Below are positions 39,407-50,416 of a stretch of DNA of 64,000 nucleotides, one piece after another. A model generated the notes under the pieces. It was not told the DNA's origin. It saw only the letters and a list, made by a program, of their open reading frames with translations, and did not search any database. A program made the position numbers and the translations under genes. Numbering within the stretch: position 1 is the first letter of the stretch; every line of letters starts with the position of its first letter. The stretch is from an uncultured bacterium (GTDB lineage Bacteria > Patescibacteriota > Dojkabacteria > SC72), in contig CAIVJR010000007.1 of NCBI GenBank assembly GCA_903906305.1, forward strand, positions 45,809 through 109,808, given 5' to 3'.

Positions 39407-40552
39407 TCATTTCTTTTTTCCTTTGTTCCAAGCTTCTAACTTCATCCTTACAAATGCTCCTACCGCTGTGGACATTAGGGTTACTGAGTAGAAGAATCCG
39501 ACGAATGGTACTAGTCCAACCAATACGGAGATTAATCGTCCGATTGCGAGGGACTTAAATGGTCTGTAACCTTCTGATTTAAGCAAGTGTAATATCTCTT
39601 GTCCAAATGCAGTTTCCACCCATAGCTGACCGAAGACGGTTAGGAACAGGATTAATCCGAATACAAAGAATGCTAATGGAAGACCTACTAATGAAATGCT
39701 TAACAAAAGTAAGGCTACTGGTGCAACTACTAAAATTCCAAATCCAATCAGCAAACTGAAGATAAAGTCTTTTGGACTTCCTGTGACTTTTGCCATAATC
39801 TTACCCGTTTTAACAGGTGCAGAAGCGATCATTACATACCCGACTAGACTTAAACTACAGAATGAAAATAGAGCTCCAAATAGTTTGTCTGTCCAGTTCG
39901 TGGTATATACCTTTGGAGTGTTCATATTAACCTCTTTATCAAAGATTACGCCTTGATCTTTTGCAATATTCTCAATCCTTGCAGAGTCATATATGTTTCC
40001 AGTTACTTTTTCTTCTTGTAAACTATATTTGCTTCCTAAAACAATTAAATCACCTTTGATTAATGTATCGATTGTTCCATCGCTTGTAATGAATCTTGCA
40101 TCATCACCAACTGAACCAGTTAGACTTGTTCTCATAGCTATATTTACATAGTCCATTTCAACATTACCACTGAAGGTTACGGTTGAACCAATAGTATATG
40201 CATTAGCTTTGATTATGCCTTGTACAGAAATGTCATTACCAACTGCAATGAGATTTCCATATGTATTTCCAGTGAATGTGATATTTGAACCTACTACATA
40301 TACATCTCCAGTTACTGTTCCAGTGATTTTTACATCTGTAGCAGCAACAAAGAGATCTCCTTGGACTAAACCATTGATCTCGGTGTAACTGTTAGTTATG
40401 TAAAGATCATCCGCGACGGTTTGATCTTGGTTTAAGGTGTAATCCTTAAAATGAAATTCTGCAGCATTAGCTGGTTTTGCAGCTACGATACCGATGAGTA
40501 CTGTTAGCAAAGGAATTGCTAGTATACTTAAGAGTCTTTTTGAAATGGACAT
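39407..40552 (-). CDS. Bactofilin-like beta-helix repeat membrane protein
   Basis: Signal peptide, repeated I.G.V.GD motifs, C-terminal TMs. Confidence 0.8.
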   Translation of the reverse strand: MSISKRLLSILAIPLLTVLIGIVAAKPANAAEFHFKDYTLNQDQTVADDLYITNSYTEINGLVQGDLFVAATDVKITGTVTGDVYVVGSNITFTGNTYGNLIAVGNDISVQGIIKANAYTIGSTVTFSGNVEMDYVNIAMRTSLTGSVGDDARFITSDGTIDTLIKGDLIVLGSKYSLQEEKVTGNIYDSARIENIAKDQGVIFDKEVNMNTPKVYTTNWTDKLFGALFSFCSLSLVGYVMIASAPVKTGKIMAKVTGSPKDFIFSLLIGFGILVVAPVALLLLSISLVGLPLAFFVFGLILFLTVFGQLWVETAFGQEILHLLKSEGYRPFKSLAIGRLISVLVGLVPFVGFFYSVTLMSTAVGAFVRMKLEAWNKGKKK

Positions 40553-40692
40553 TGTTTTTTTAATGATAATTTACTACATATATAGTAGCACAAATGGATA
40601 AGTGTCGATATAGTGAAAAAAACTTGGTTGAATGAATTCCCTCTGTAGTTTATACTATGTAGAAATACATTATTTAAAAGCAAGATATATCT

Positions 40693-41706
40693 ATGACAAA
40701 CGAATCAAGCATATTTAAAGATAAAGTACTATTAATTACTGGTGGAACAGGATCGTTCGGTAATAGGGTATTAAAAAGATTTTTAAATACAGATATCAAA
40801 GAAATCAGAATCCTTTCTAGAGATGAAAAGAAGCAGGATGATATGAGAAAGAAGTATGCAAATGACAAGATTAAATTTTTCATTGGTGATGTAAGAGATA
40901 TCAGTTCTGTAGATAACGTAATGAATGGGGTAGACTATGTCTTTCAGGCAGCAGCTTTAAAGCAAGTCCCTTCGTGTGAATTTTTCCCTCTTGAAGCTGT
41001 AAAGACAAATATTTTAGGAACGGATAATGTATTAACTTCCGCAATAAAGAATAAGGTAAAGAAAGTGATATGTTTAAGTACTGACAAAGCAGCATATCCA
41101 ATAAATGCAATGGGAATGAGTAAAGCATTAATGGAGAAAGTTGCAATTGCTAAGGCAAGAAGAGTTGATGAAGGAGGAACAGTAATCTGTGTTACAAGAT
41201 ATGGTAATGTAATGGGTTCAAGAGGTTCTGTAATCCCTCTTTTCTATGATTTAATCAGTAAAGATCAACCTTTAACAATCACAAATCCAGAAATGACTAG
41301 ATTCATGATGACATTAGATGATGCAGTTGAATTGGTATTATTTGCTTTCCAAAATGGTAACCCTGGAGATCTATTTATTCAAAAAGCCCCTGCAGCAACC
41401 ATTCAAACATTAGTAGAAGCAGTCTGTAAACATAAAGGAGTACCTGTAAATACTAAAGTAATTGGAACAAGGCATGGTGAGAAGGAATATGAGACTTTAG
41501 TAACAAAGGAAGAGATGCTAAGAGCAGAGGATATGGGTGACTATTTCAGAGTTGGAATGGATGAGAGAGATTTGAACTACGAAAAATACTTTGAAAAGGG
41601 TGAGACAAAGATAGAAAAGGTAGAGGAATATAATTCTAGAGATACTGAGAGATTAGATGTTGATGGAATGGTAAAACTCTTAATTAAAATGGGAGAGGTA
41701 GAATAA
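40693..41706 (+). CDS. fnlA: UDP-GlcNAc 4,6-dehydratase/5-epimerase (FnlA/CapE/WbjB-type)
   Basis: TGGTGSFG, AALKQVPSCEF, STDKAAYPINAMG.SK, RYGNVMGSRGSV. Confidence 0.88.
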   Translation: MTNESSIFKDKVLLITGGTGSFGNRVLKRFLNTDIKEIRILSRDEKKQDDMRKKYANDKIKFFIGDVRDISSVDNVMNGVDYVFQAAALKQVPSCEFFPLEAVKTNILGTDNVLTSAIKNKVKKVICLSTDKAAYPINAMGMSKALMEKVAIAKARRVDEGGTVICVTRYGNVMGSRGSVIPLFYDLISKDQPLTITNPEMTRFMMTLDDAVELVLFAFQNGNPGDLFIQKAPAATIQTLVEAVCKHKGVPVNTKVIGTRHGEKEYETLVTKEEMLRAEDMGDYFRVGMDERDLNYEKYFEKGETKIEKVEEYNSRDTERLDVDGMVKLLIKMGEVE

Positions 41707-42566
41707 TGAAAATACTTTTACTTGGTGCGCAAGGAATGTTAGGACATGTTGTTAAAACATATTTTGAAGAACACGACTATGATGTAGTTTGCACAAACAG
41801 AGATGATAGAAAATCAGATCTATTCTGGGATGTTGTAGAGAACTTGCAAGATGTTGAAAAGATTATTGAAAAACAAAAACCAGCTGTAGTTATAAACTGT
41901 ACTGGGATTTTGAATAAGGTTGCAGAAGATAACAAATCATTAGCAGTGTTAATGAATAGCTATCTTCCTCACTATTTAGATGAGCTATCTGCAAAGTATA
42001 ACTACAAATTTGTTCATGTCAGTACCGATTGTGTTTTCAGTGGCGATAAAGGGGGCTATGATGAAACAAGTTTTAGAGATGCAAACAATTTCTATGGTCA
42101 ATCTAAAGCTTTGGGAGAAGTGATTAACGATAGAAGCGTAACTTTGAGAACTTCTATTGTGGGTCCTGATGTTAATCCAAATGGTATTGGTCTTTTTCAG
42201 TGGTTTATGAATCAAAAAGATACAGCAGGAGGATATACAAAAGTATTATGGACGGGTATTACAACCATCGAGTATGCGAAGGCAATGGAAGTTGCCATTA
42301 AGAATAACTTAGTGGGATTACATCATGTTGTTAATAATGAAGTTATCCCTAAACGTGATCTTTTAGAACTTTTCAAAAAATATTTTGATAAAGATATAAC
42401 TATTGAACCGAATGATACTGTTGAAAGTAAAAAAACAATCTTTAGAACTGATACGAGTTATGATTTTAAGGTTCCAAGCTATGACCAGATGGTTTCTGAG
42501 ATGAGAGATTGGGTAGTATCACATAAAGAAATGTATCCTGATTTAATTAGGGATATGAAAATTTAA
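41706..42566 (+). CDS. RmlD-like NDP-4-keto-6-deoxysugar reductase
   Basis: GAQGMLG, STDCVFSG, YGQSK. Confidence 0.85.
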   Translation: MKILLLGAQGMLGHVVKTYFEEHDYDVVCTNRDDRKSDLFWDVVENLQDVEKIIEKQKPAVVINCTGILNKVAEDNKSLAVLMNSYLPHYLDELSAKYNYKFVHVSTDCVFSGDKGGYDETSFRDANNFYGQSKALGEVINDRSVTLRTSIVGPDVNPNGIGLFQWFMNQKDTAGGYTKVLWTGITTIEYAKAMEVAIKNNLVGLHHVVNNEVIPKRDLLELFKKYFDKDITIEPNDTVESKKTIFRTDTSYDFKVPSYDQMVSEMRDWVVSHKEMYPDLIRDMKI

Positions 42567-42584
42567 ATTGTTTCTTCAAGAATA

Positions 42585-43694
42585 ATGAAAGTAATGACAA
42601 TCGTTGGTACACGACCAGAAATTATTAAACTCTCATGTGTTATAGATGAGTTAGACAAATTTACAGATCATATTCTTGTTCATACAGGTCAGAATTATGA
42701 CTATGAATTAAACGAAATCTTCTTTGAGGGTATGGGTATTAGAAAGCCAGATATCTTTATGAATGCTGCCGGAGAGAATCCTGCAGAAACCATTGGTAAT
42801 GTTATCAAAATGTCGGATGAACTTTTTAAAGAACATAAGCCAGATGCATTGCTGATATATGGGGATACAAATTCATGTTTGTCAGTAATATCTGCAAAAA
42901 GAAACAAGATTCCTGTCTTCCATATGGAAGCCGGAAATAGATGTTTTGATCAAAGAGTTCCAGAAGAGATAAATAGAAAGATTGTAGATCACTTGAGTGA
43001 TATTAATATGCCTATTACTGAACATGCTAGGCGATATTTATTAGCTGAGGGTATTGCTCCGGAAACTATTATTAAAGTGGGTTCAAGTATGAAAGAGGTT
43101 TTAGAAAAAAATAAAGAAAGTATTGAAAAGAGCAAGGTATTGGAAGAATTAGGATTAGAGCCTAAAGAATATTTTGTGTTAAGTACCCATAGGGAAGAGA
43201 ATTTGGATAATCCAAAGAACTTGGAAGAGTTAGTGAATTCTATAAATGCAGTTGCCCAAAAATATGGTAAGCCTATTATATTCTCTACTCATCCTAGAAC
43301 TCAGAAGAAGATCGATGCAGGGGATATTGTATTTGATCCTTTAGTAAAGATAATGAAACCTCTTGGTTTTGCTGATTATATTACCTTACAAAAAAATTCT
43401 TTCTGTGTTATTTCTGATAGTGGTACTATTACAGAGGAATCTTCATTACTTGGATTCCCTGCTATTACTGTAAGACAGGCTCATGAGAGACCTGAGGGTA
43501 TGGATGAGGGAACAATCATAATGAGTGATTTGGATGCGGAGAGTGTTATAACTGCTATTGATGTTGTAACTACTGGAAACAAGCGAATGCACGTGGTTGA
43601 GGATTATAATACGGATGAATTAGCTACTAAGGTTGTAAGGATTATATTGAGTTACAAGGGATATATAAATAGAACAGTGTGGAAGAAGTATTAG
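42585..43694 (+). CDS. UDP-N-acetyl-sugar 2-epimerase (FnlC/WbjD-type)
   Basis: GTRPEIIK, GDTNS, HMEAGNR, PEEINR, SDSGTITEE. Confidence 0.88.
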   Translation: MKVMTIVGTRPEIIKLSCVIDELDKFTDHILVHTGQNYDYELNEIFFEGMGIRKPDIFMNAAGENPAETIGNVIKMSDELFKEHKPDALLIYGDTNSCLSVISAKRNKIPVFHMEAGNRCFDQRVPEEINRKIVDHLSDINMPITEHARRYLLAEGIAPETIIKVGSSMKEVLEKNKESIEKSKVLEELGLEPKEYFVLSTHREENLDNPKNLEELVNSINAVAQKYGKPIIFSTHPRTQKKIDAGDIVFDPLVKIMKPLGFADYITLQKNSFCVISDSGTITEESSLLGFPAITVRQAHERPEGMDEGTIIMSDLDAESVITAIDVVTTGNKRMHVVEDYNTDELATKVVRIILSYKGYINRTVWKKY

Positions 43695-43704
43695 AAGTAT
43701 AAAA

Positions 43705-43923
43705 ATGAATAGCAAAGAAAAATATAATTATAGTAACAAAGAATCACAAAAACTTTTTGAAGAATTCACAATTCTCCTGGGAAAAATAACCTTGGATGCT
43801 GAAGAAAGGGGCAAGAAAATTTTATACTTAGAAAATGAGCTGGCAAAATACTCGAGCCTAAAATATATGTTGAAAATGATTTTTGCAAAAATAAAGAATA
43901 AGTTTGTGGTAAGTAAATCATGA
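43705..43923 (+). CDS. Small hypothetical protein in the glycan locus
   Basis: 72-aa ORF filling the operon gap; ATGA overlap with the next gene. Confidence 0.55.
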   Translation: MNSKEKYNYSNKESQKLFEEFTILLGKITLDAEERGKKILYLENELAKYSSLKYMLKMIFAKIKNKFVVSKS

Positions 43924-45152
43924 AGATCCTATATGTAAATGATAATGATCTAATTGGTAGACGTTTCAATGGGCATGATTTACAGATTATGTTGAATAAG
44001 AAGAAGGGATATGAGGCTAAACAAGCTGTGATTGCAAAGCAAGGAACCGATCCTAACACAATAAGACTAATAAATACGGAAGGAGGATATTTCATTAGAA
44101 ATAAATGCCGAGAGATGGAGGAGAAATTGTCGATTCAATCTATGATATATCCTTTTGGAGAGTTGTTACGAGAACATCCTGCTTTCAAAGAGGCAGATAT
44201 TGTTCATTATCATCTTCTCTTTAATCACTTTATGTCTCTCTATTCTTTCAAACATTTAGCTCAGGAGAAACCTACTGTATGGACATTGCATGATCCATGG
44301 GCTTTAACAGGACATTGTGTGCATCCAATTGATTGTAAAGGATGGCTAACAGGTTGTCACAATTGTCCCCATCTTGATAGATATTCTCCATTGAAAGAAG
44401 ATAACTCACATGATATTTGGGAAATAAAAAAAGGAATATATAAAGATATAGATATAGATATTGTAGTAGCATCCCCATGGATGTTAGACCTTGTAAAGAG
44501 AAGTCCTTTGACTAAACATTTCAAACGAACTCACCTCATCCCCTTTGGAATAGACACAAACATTTTTAAGAAGAATATTAAGCATAAAGAATTAAGAAAA
44601 AAAATGAGTATTGATGAAAAATCTTTTGTTATAATGTTTAGGCAGGATGAGCAGGAATGGAAGGGTTTACCATATATCAAACAATTATTAGAGAAATTGG
44701 ACCAATCGTTAAATCTAACAATTTTAACCGTAGGGAACACAGGCTTATTAGATAAGTACAAAGACAAATTCCCAATTATCGAATATGAATGGTTAAACGA
44801 GCCAGAACAACTTGTAGAATTATATTCTGTTGCGAATTTGTTCTTAATGCCATCAATAGCTGAATCTTTTGGAATGATGGCAATTGAGGCGATGGGCTGC
44901 TCCCTACCTGTAGTCGTTTTCGAAGGAACGGCGCTTCCAAGTGTAACTTTTGCTCCTGAATGTGGCATTGCATTGGAAAAAGAAAATCCTGATGAATTTG
45001 TTGAAACAGTAACAAGGTTAGTCAAATCATCGGATGAATGTAAAAGAAGAGGAGATACAGGGAGAAAACTTGTAGAAGAGAATTATAATATAGAGTTGTA
45101 TAATCAAAGAATGATGAAATTGTATGACGAAATATCTGCCAGAATAAAATAA
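43920..45152 (+). CDS. Glycosyltransferase family 4 (WcaC-like)
   Basis: WTLHDPW..TGHC, CxxCP, ESFGMMAIEAM. Confidence 0.88.
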   Translation: MKILYVNDNDLIGRRFNGHDLQIMLNKKKGYEAKQAVIAKQGTDPNTIRLINTEGGYFIRNKCREMEEKLSIQSMIYPFGELLREHPAFKEADIVHYHLLFNHFMSLYSFKHLAQEKPTVWTLHDPWALTGHCVHPIDCKGWLTGCHNCPHLDRYSPLKEDNSHDIWEIKKGIYKDIDIDIVVASPWMLDLVKRSPLTKHFKRTHLIPFGIDTNIFKKNIKHKELRKKMSIDEKSFVIMFRQDEQEWKGLPYIKQLLEKLDQSLNLTILTVGNTGLLDKYKDKFPIIEYEWLNEPEQLVELYSVANLFLMPSIAESFGMMAIEAMGCSLPVVVFEGTALPSVTFAPECGIALEKENPDEFVETVTRLVKSSDECKRRGDTGRKLVEENYNIELYNQRMMKLYDEISARIK

Positions 45153-45169
45153 TATTAATAAAAAGATAA

Positions 45170-46228
45170 ATGAAATCAGCAAAAAAGCGGATTGCGACAT
45201 TTAGTGAAGGAAATCTCAAGAATATCAAAATATATCTAACTGAAGAATACCAGGCAATTGCATATCCAAATGGTGATACAGATGTTCAGATGGTCAATGA
45301 TATCAAAAATAATCTCCCAAAGGGAAAAATAATATTTGATATTGGAACCTTTATAGGTGCCAGTTGTCTCGTCTTTGCGGAACTTGTTGGCAAAGATGGA
45401 AAAATTGTTGGTTTTGAGCCCAATCCTTTTAATAGAAAGAGAATAGCAGAGAACTTTACCTTGAATCCTGAACTCAAAAAAAGAATAACTGTCTCTCCAT
45501 TGGCGCTGTCAGATAAAGAAGGACAAATGACAATGACACTTAGTTCACAAATTGATAATGGATATAGCTCCACCTCTCGACTCAATCAAAGCCATCCAAC
45601 TCTTCATAATGATCAGCTCCCAAAAGGATTTGAAGAAGTTACTGTAGAAGTTACAACATTGGATAAATTTGTTGCTGAGAATAAAATAACACCTGATATT
45701 TTAAAGGTGGATATAGAAGGCGCAGAGTATGATTTCTTGCTTGGTGCAAAAAATACAATACAAAGATATAAACCAGTATTTTACATAGAATTACATTCAG
45801 AATTCTGTGCTGTAAGATGTGTAGAATTTCTTCATTCTATGCAATATGGGATTACAATATTGTATGAAGAAGAAGATAACCGAATAATGATTAAAGCCGA
45901 ATTTAATAAACAAACTGAAGCTATCTCAAACGACTTGGCAATTACAGCTCAAAGAAATCTTGATGCAAGTTTAAATATGATAAAAATTGCTGAGAAAGTT
46001 CTAAGTGATGAGGTTAAGAAGAATAAGGATTTGGAATCAAAGATTGAAACCCTTGGAAAAGAGATGGAAGATTTAAAAGCTCAAACTTTACCAATGAAAA
46101 AAGAGAACATTAACCTTAAAGAAGAAAATTATGCATTGAGAAATGCGCTTTCATCGTACGAGAATAGTAACAGTTGGAAAATAACAAAACCATTGCGTTC
46201 AATAAAGAATATATTACATAAAAAATAG
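45170..46228 (+). CDS. FkbM-family methyltransferase with C-terminal coiled coil
   Basis: DIGTFIG, GFEPNP, LKVDIEGAE; coiled coil ending SNSWKITKPLR. Confidence 0.88.
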   Translation: MKSAKKRIATFSEGNLKNIKIYLTEEYQAIAYPNGDTDVQMVNDIKNNLPKGKIIFDIGTFIGASCLVFAELVGKDGKIVGFEPNPFNRKRIAENFTLNPELKKRITVSPLALSDKEGQMTMTLSSQIDNGYSSTSRLNQSHPTLHNDQLPKGFEEVTVEVTTLDKFVAENKITPDILKVDIEGAEYDFLLGAKNTIQRYKPVFYIELHSEFCAVRCVEFLHSMQYGITILYEEEDNRIMIKAEFNKQTEAISNDLAITAQRNLDASLNMIKIAEKVLSDEVKKNKDLESKIETLGKEMEDLKAQTLPMKKENINLKEENYALRNALSSYENSNSWKITKPLRSIKNILHKK

Positions 46229-46232
46229 AGAT

Positions 46233-48581
46233 ATGAATAAGCAGTTTAACCCAAAAGTATCAATTATAATTCCAGTTTACAACGGGGCCAATTTCTTAAA
46301 AGAAGCTGTAAATAGTGCTCTAGCACAGACATATAAGAATCTAGAAATCATAGTAGTAAATGATGGAAGTATTGATCAGGGAAAAACAGAGGAAATATGT
46401 AAATTGTATAGAAAACAGATTAGGTATTTTAAAAAAGAAAATGGAGGCGTAGCTACGGCATTAAACTTGGGAATTGAAAAAATGGAAGGAGAATATTTTT
46501 CATGGCTAAGTCATGATGATATGTATATGCCAAATAAAATTGAAAAAGAGATAGAGGAATTAAGTAAGTTAGAAGATAAAAAGACAATTATTTTTTCTGG
46601 TTTAGAGTTAGTAAATGCTGAGGGAATTGTGATTGAAAAACAAAATTTTGCTGAAAAGTATGGAGAAAAAAATATTAATAATTCACTATTTCCATTCTTC
46701 CATCTTGCACTAAATGGCTGCACGATGTTGATACATAAAAGCCATTTTGACAGAGTTGGAAACTTCAATTCTAAATTGCTAACGACACAAGATTATGATT
46801 TGTGGTATAGGATGATTAGGAACTCAAAAATACATTATGTTAATGAAATTCTTTTGAAATCTAGGTCTCATCCAGAGCAGGGGTGGTTGACGATGTTAAA
46901 AAATCACGTAGCAGAATGTAATACTTTTTGGATAAAAGTATTTGAAGATATATCAGAAAAAGAGATGATTGAGTTAGAAGGATCTGTACTTAACTTCTAC
47001 AAAAATATGTATGATTTTTTCAAATCTACAACAGGATATGACAAAGCTATCCGATACCTTGAAGGGAGATTATTGAATTTGTTAATGGTTGAATACACAA
47101 ATAGTAGAAATGCTAAACAAAAAACAGATTTTGTACAGTTAATTGCTCAGGATATCTTTGACGACGCTAATGCCAATAATGAATTAATAAAAACACTTCT
47201 TTCTCAAGGAGAAAAAAATAAGCCGAGGATTATCTTTTTTACTGGGAATTGGTTTGATCGTGGTGGACTTAACCGAGTCATATCGGTAATAGCATCAGGA
47301 TTATCAGAATTTTATGAAATAATCGTTTGTTGTATGAAAGCCGATGGGAACGAAAATGGATATAAATTAGATGAAAAGGTACGCTTTTTAGAGTTGGAAG
47401 AATCTGAATTTATGAGAATTCCACAATATCTGAAATTATTAAATGCGGATATATTCATAAGCAGTAATAATTGCTTTGTTCCGCTATTAAATTTGTATGA
47501 AGAAATTGAAGACAGAGAAGTTAAAGTAATTATGTGGAATCATGAGCATTTCTTTGTCCCATATTTTGAAGCAGCACTTGGGAAATGTATAGACATTAGA
47601 AAAACAATATATGATAAGGTAAGCGTTTCGCTATGGTTAACCGACTTTAGTGCTAACTTAGGTAGTGTCTATGGAATTAGAACTGGTGTTATGAAGAACC
47701 CACTGAGCTTTACGGTTGAGAAAAAACTTAGAGAACAAGAAAAGCCCCTGAACTTAATCTCTTTAGCTAGATTTGATTCTCCAAGAAAACGATTGGATCG
47801 TTTAGTAAAAGCTTTTGCCGAAGTTGTAAAAAAGAAACCGAATACGAAACTATACATCCTTGGTAAATATGATTTGTCTATGCCAAATCCTGAAAATCCC
47901 GAAGAGACATTAAAACAGTTGATTGAGAGACTGGGAATACCAGTCGAGAATTTGATTTTTGTGGGGGAGGTTAAAGATGTCTCAAAATATTATATGAAAG
48001 CGTCAATAAATGTTATGACATCTGAGAGAGAAGGATTTGGATTACCGATTTTAGAGGCTGCATTGTTCGGGATTCCATCAGTTGTATTTGGTGGAGGCGG
48101 AGTAGGAGAACTGATTACAGATTCAAAGGACGGTTTCGTTGCAGAGAACGGAGATATACAAAGTATGGCCAACAAAATATTAACATTGCTTAATGATAAG
48201 TCATTGCTGCAAAGGTTTTCATTAGCCGCCTACGATAAGACAAAAGAATATTCAGAAGAAAAAATATTATCAAAATGGAAGGCACTAATAGATAATGTCA
48301 TGAAGTTAGAGAAGGATGATTTAAAGAAATATTTAGATGTAAATTTCTTTGGAAACCAAAGAATTCCCGTCAAACTTTTGAAAGATATCGTTCTTACATA
48401 TGAGGAAATTATTCAGAAACAAAAGGAAGAAGGAAATGAAGTAAGTGAGAGGATTATGACCTCAAATGATTCGTATCTTAAAATGAAATTCAAAAAGCTT
48501 TATAACTTAATTCGTGAACAAGGAATCGTCTTAACATCGAAAAACATTCTACTAAAAATAAAAAACAGATTATTCAGATAG
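46233..48581 (+). CDS. Two-domain glycosyltransferase (GT2 + GT4)
   Basis: SIIIPVYNG..NDGS..LSHDD; C-terminal REGFGLPILEA. Confidence 0.88.
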   Translation: MNKQFNPKVSIIIPVYNGANFLKEAVNSALAQTYKNLEIIVVNDGSIDQGKTEEICKLYRKQIRYFKKENGGVATALNLGIEKMEGEYFSWLSHDDMYMPNKIEKEIEELSKLEDKKTIIFSGLELVNAEGIVIEKQNFAEKYGEKNINNSLFPFFHLALNGCTMLIHKSHFDRVGNFNSKLLTTQDYDLWYRMIRNSKIHYVNEILLKSRSHPEQGWLTMLKNHVAECNTFWIKVFEDISEKEMIELEGSVLNFYKNMYDFFKSTTGYDKAIRYLEGRLLNLLMVEYTNSRNAKQKTDFVQLIAQDIFDDANANNELIKTLLSQGEKNKPRIIFFTGNWFDRGGLNRVISVIASGLSEFYEIIVCCMKADGNENGYKLDEKVRFLELEESEFMRIPQYLKLLNADIFISSNNCFVPLLNLYEEIEDREVKVIMWNHEHFFVPYFEAALGKCIDIRKTIYDKVSVSLWLTDFSANLGSVYGIRTGVMKNPLSFTVEKKLREQEKPLNLISLARFDSPRKRLDRLVKAFAEVVKKKPNTKLYILGKYDLSMPNPENPEETLKQLIERLGIPVENLIFVGEVKDVSKYYMKASINVMTSEREGFGLPILEAALFGIPSVVFGGGGVGELITDSKDGFVAENGDIQSMANKILTLLNDKSLLQRFSLAAYDKTKEYSEEKILSKWKALIDNVMKLEKDDLKKYLDVNFFGNQRIPVKLLKDIVLTYEEIIQKQKEEGNEVSERIMTSNDSYLKMKFKKLYNLIREQGIVLTSKNILLKIKNRLFR

Positions 48582-48626
48582 TACCTGATATGATAAAATA
48601 ATTTTATTAAGCTCTTAAGCAAGTAT

Positions 48627-50405
48627 ATGGATAATAAACTAGGACCAAAGGTATCGATAATAATTCCTGTCTATAATGGCTCAAATTTCGTCAAGAAAGC
48701 TATTGATAGTGCTCTGGCACAGACATATAAAAACATTGAAATTATCGTAGTGAACGACGGCAGTACAGATGAGAAAAGAACGGAAGAAATATGTCTTTCA
48801 TATGGGAAAAGAATACGTTATTTCCACAAAGAAAATGGTGGCGTTGCAACAGCGTTGAATTTTGGTATAGAAAAAATGAATGGAGAATATTTCTCTTGGT
48901 TAAGTCATGATGATGTATATAAACCTGACAAAATTAAAAAACAAATAGAATTTCTAGAAAAAAATAAAGAGAAAAATATTATTTTGTTTTCGAATTATGA
49001 ACTAATGGACCAAGAAGGAAAATTCCTTTCAAAAGTTACTCTAGACCACAAAACATTAATTGAAAAACCAGAATATGCCTTGTTGAGAGGTGCAATAAAT
49101 GGAATTACTTTACTAATACCTAAAAAAGCATTTGATGAGCATGGAGGATTTAATAAAGATCTTAAATGTACTCAAGATTATGATATGTGGAAAAGAATCA
49201 TGAGCAATTATAAATTTATTCATTCAGAGGATATTCAAACGAAAACAAGAATTCATCCAGAACAAGATTCAAATAAACACCCAGATATGATATCTGAAGG
49301 GGATAAACTTTGGATAGGAATGATGTCTGATCTTCCAATAAAGACGAAGGAAAGATTAGAAGGCGGCGAACAAAATTTCTATAAAGAGATGGTAACTTTT
49401 CTGAAGAATACGCCGTATAAGGGTGGGATGGATTTTGCTAACAATAAAGTTGATTCTTTGCACGACGGAATGAAAATGAAGATAGGGGAAACGAAAGTCT
49501 CAGTAATCATTCCTTTTTATAACCGTATTCCACTATTGTTTAAATCATTAGAATCAGTAATTAGTCAGACTCACAAAAATATTGAGATTCTGTTAATTAA
49601 TGATGCTTCTACGGACGATCTGACCGAACTAAATTCGTATCTTAAAAGAGACAATCGTATCATCCTTATAAATTTGTCCAAGAACTCTGGGGCAGCGGCT
49701 GCACGAAATGTGGGAATGAAAAAAGCTACAGGAGAATATATTGCATTTTTGGATTCGGATGATTTGTTTCAAAAAGATAAGATTGAAGAGCAACTAATTG
49801 CAATTAGTTTATCTACCTATAACGTCAGTCATACATCATATCTTAGGCGCGATAGGATAAGTGATATGTATATGAATAGCGGAAATCTCTCAGGTAATGC
49901 TATTCCAGAAATAATCAAGATGTGCCTTATTGCTACACCTACAGTTATGATTAGAAGTGAATATCTGCAAGAGAATAACTTCTCCTTTAAAGAGCATTTG
50001 AGAATAGGGGAAGACGTTTGTTTCTGGCTAGAGATTTTGCGTAGTTCAAAATTACTTGGGCTTGATAAAGCTTATACTATTGTTAATGTGAATCACGAGA
50101 GCTCGTCGAATGATGAAAAGAAACAATTACAGGGTCTCACAAATATTCTTTCTTTTATACTTTCTGATCCCGAGTTCTCAAAATATCATCATGAGATTTC
50201 AAACCTATGTAATGGATTTGTAGATTTAAGTAATAGAATACAAAAAGAAGAGGATCGAACAAATGGTGTAAGCTCATATAATTTTTTCCAATCAAAGCCA
50301 AAGAATCCAGTTTTGAAATTTATATATCTTTGTAAATATCAGGGATTTACCCTAACAATCAAAAAGATTCTTCGCAAATATGGAGGAAGGCTTTTAAAGA
50401 TATAA
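48627..50405 (+). CDS. Two-domain glycosyltransferase (GT2 + GT2)
   Basis: SIIIPVYNG..LSHDD and second SVIIPFYNR..FLDSDD. Confidence 0.88.
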   Translation: MDNKLGPKVSIIIPVYNGSNFVKKAIDSALAQTYKNIEIIVVNDGSTDEKRTEEICLSYGKRIRYFHKENGGVATALNFGIEKMNGEYFSWLSHDDVYKPDKIKKQIEFLEKNKEKNIILFSNYELMDQEGKFLSKVTLDHKTLIEKPEYALLRGAINGITLLIPKKAFDEHGGFNKDLKCTQDYDMWKRIMSNYKFIHSEDIQTKTRIHPEQDSNKHPDMISEGDKLWIGMMSDLPIKTKERLEGGEQNFYKEMVTFLKNTPYKGGMDFANNKVDSLHDGMKMKIGETKVSVIIPFYNRIPLLFKSLESVISQTHKNIEILLINDASTDDLTELNSYLKRDNRIILINLSKNSGAAAARNVGMKKATGEYIAFLDSDDLFQKDKIEEQLIAISLSTYNVSHTSYLRRDRISDMYMNSGNLSGNAIPEIIKMCLIATPTVMIRSEYLQENNFSFKEHLRIGEDVCFWLEILRSSKLLGLDKAYTIVNVNHESSSNDEKKQLQGLTNILSFILSDPEFSKYHHEISNLCNGFVDLSNRIQKEEDRTNGVSSYNFFQSKPKNPVLKFIYLCKYQGFTLTIKKILRKYGGRLLKI

Positions 50406-50416
50406 CTAATAACCCA

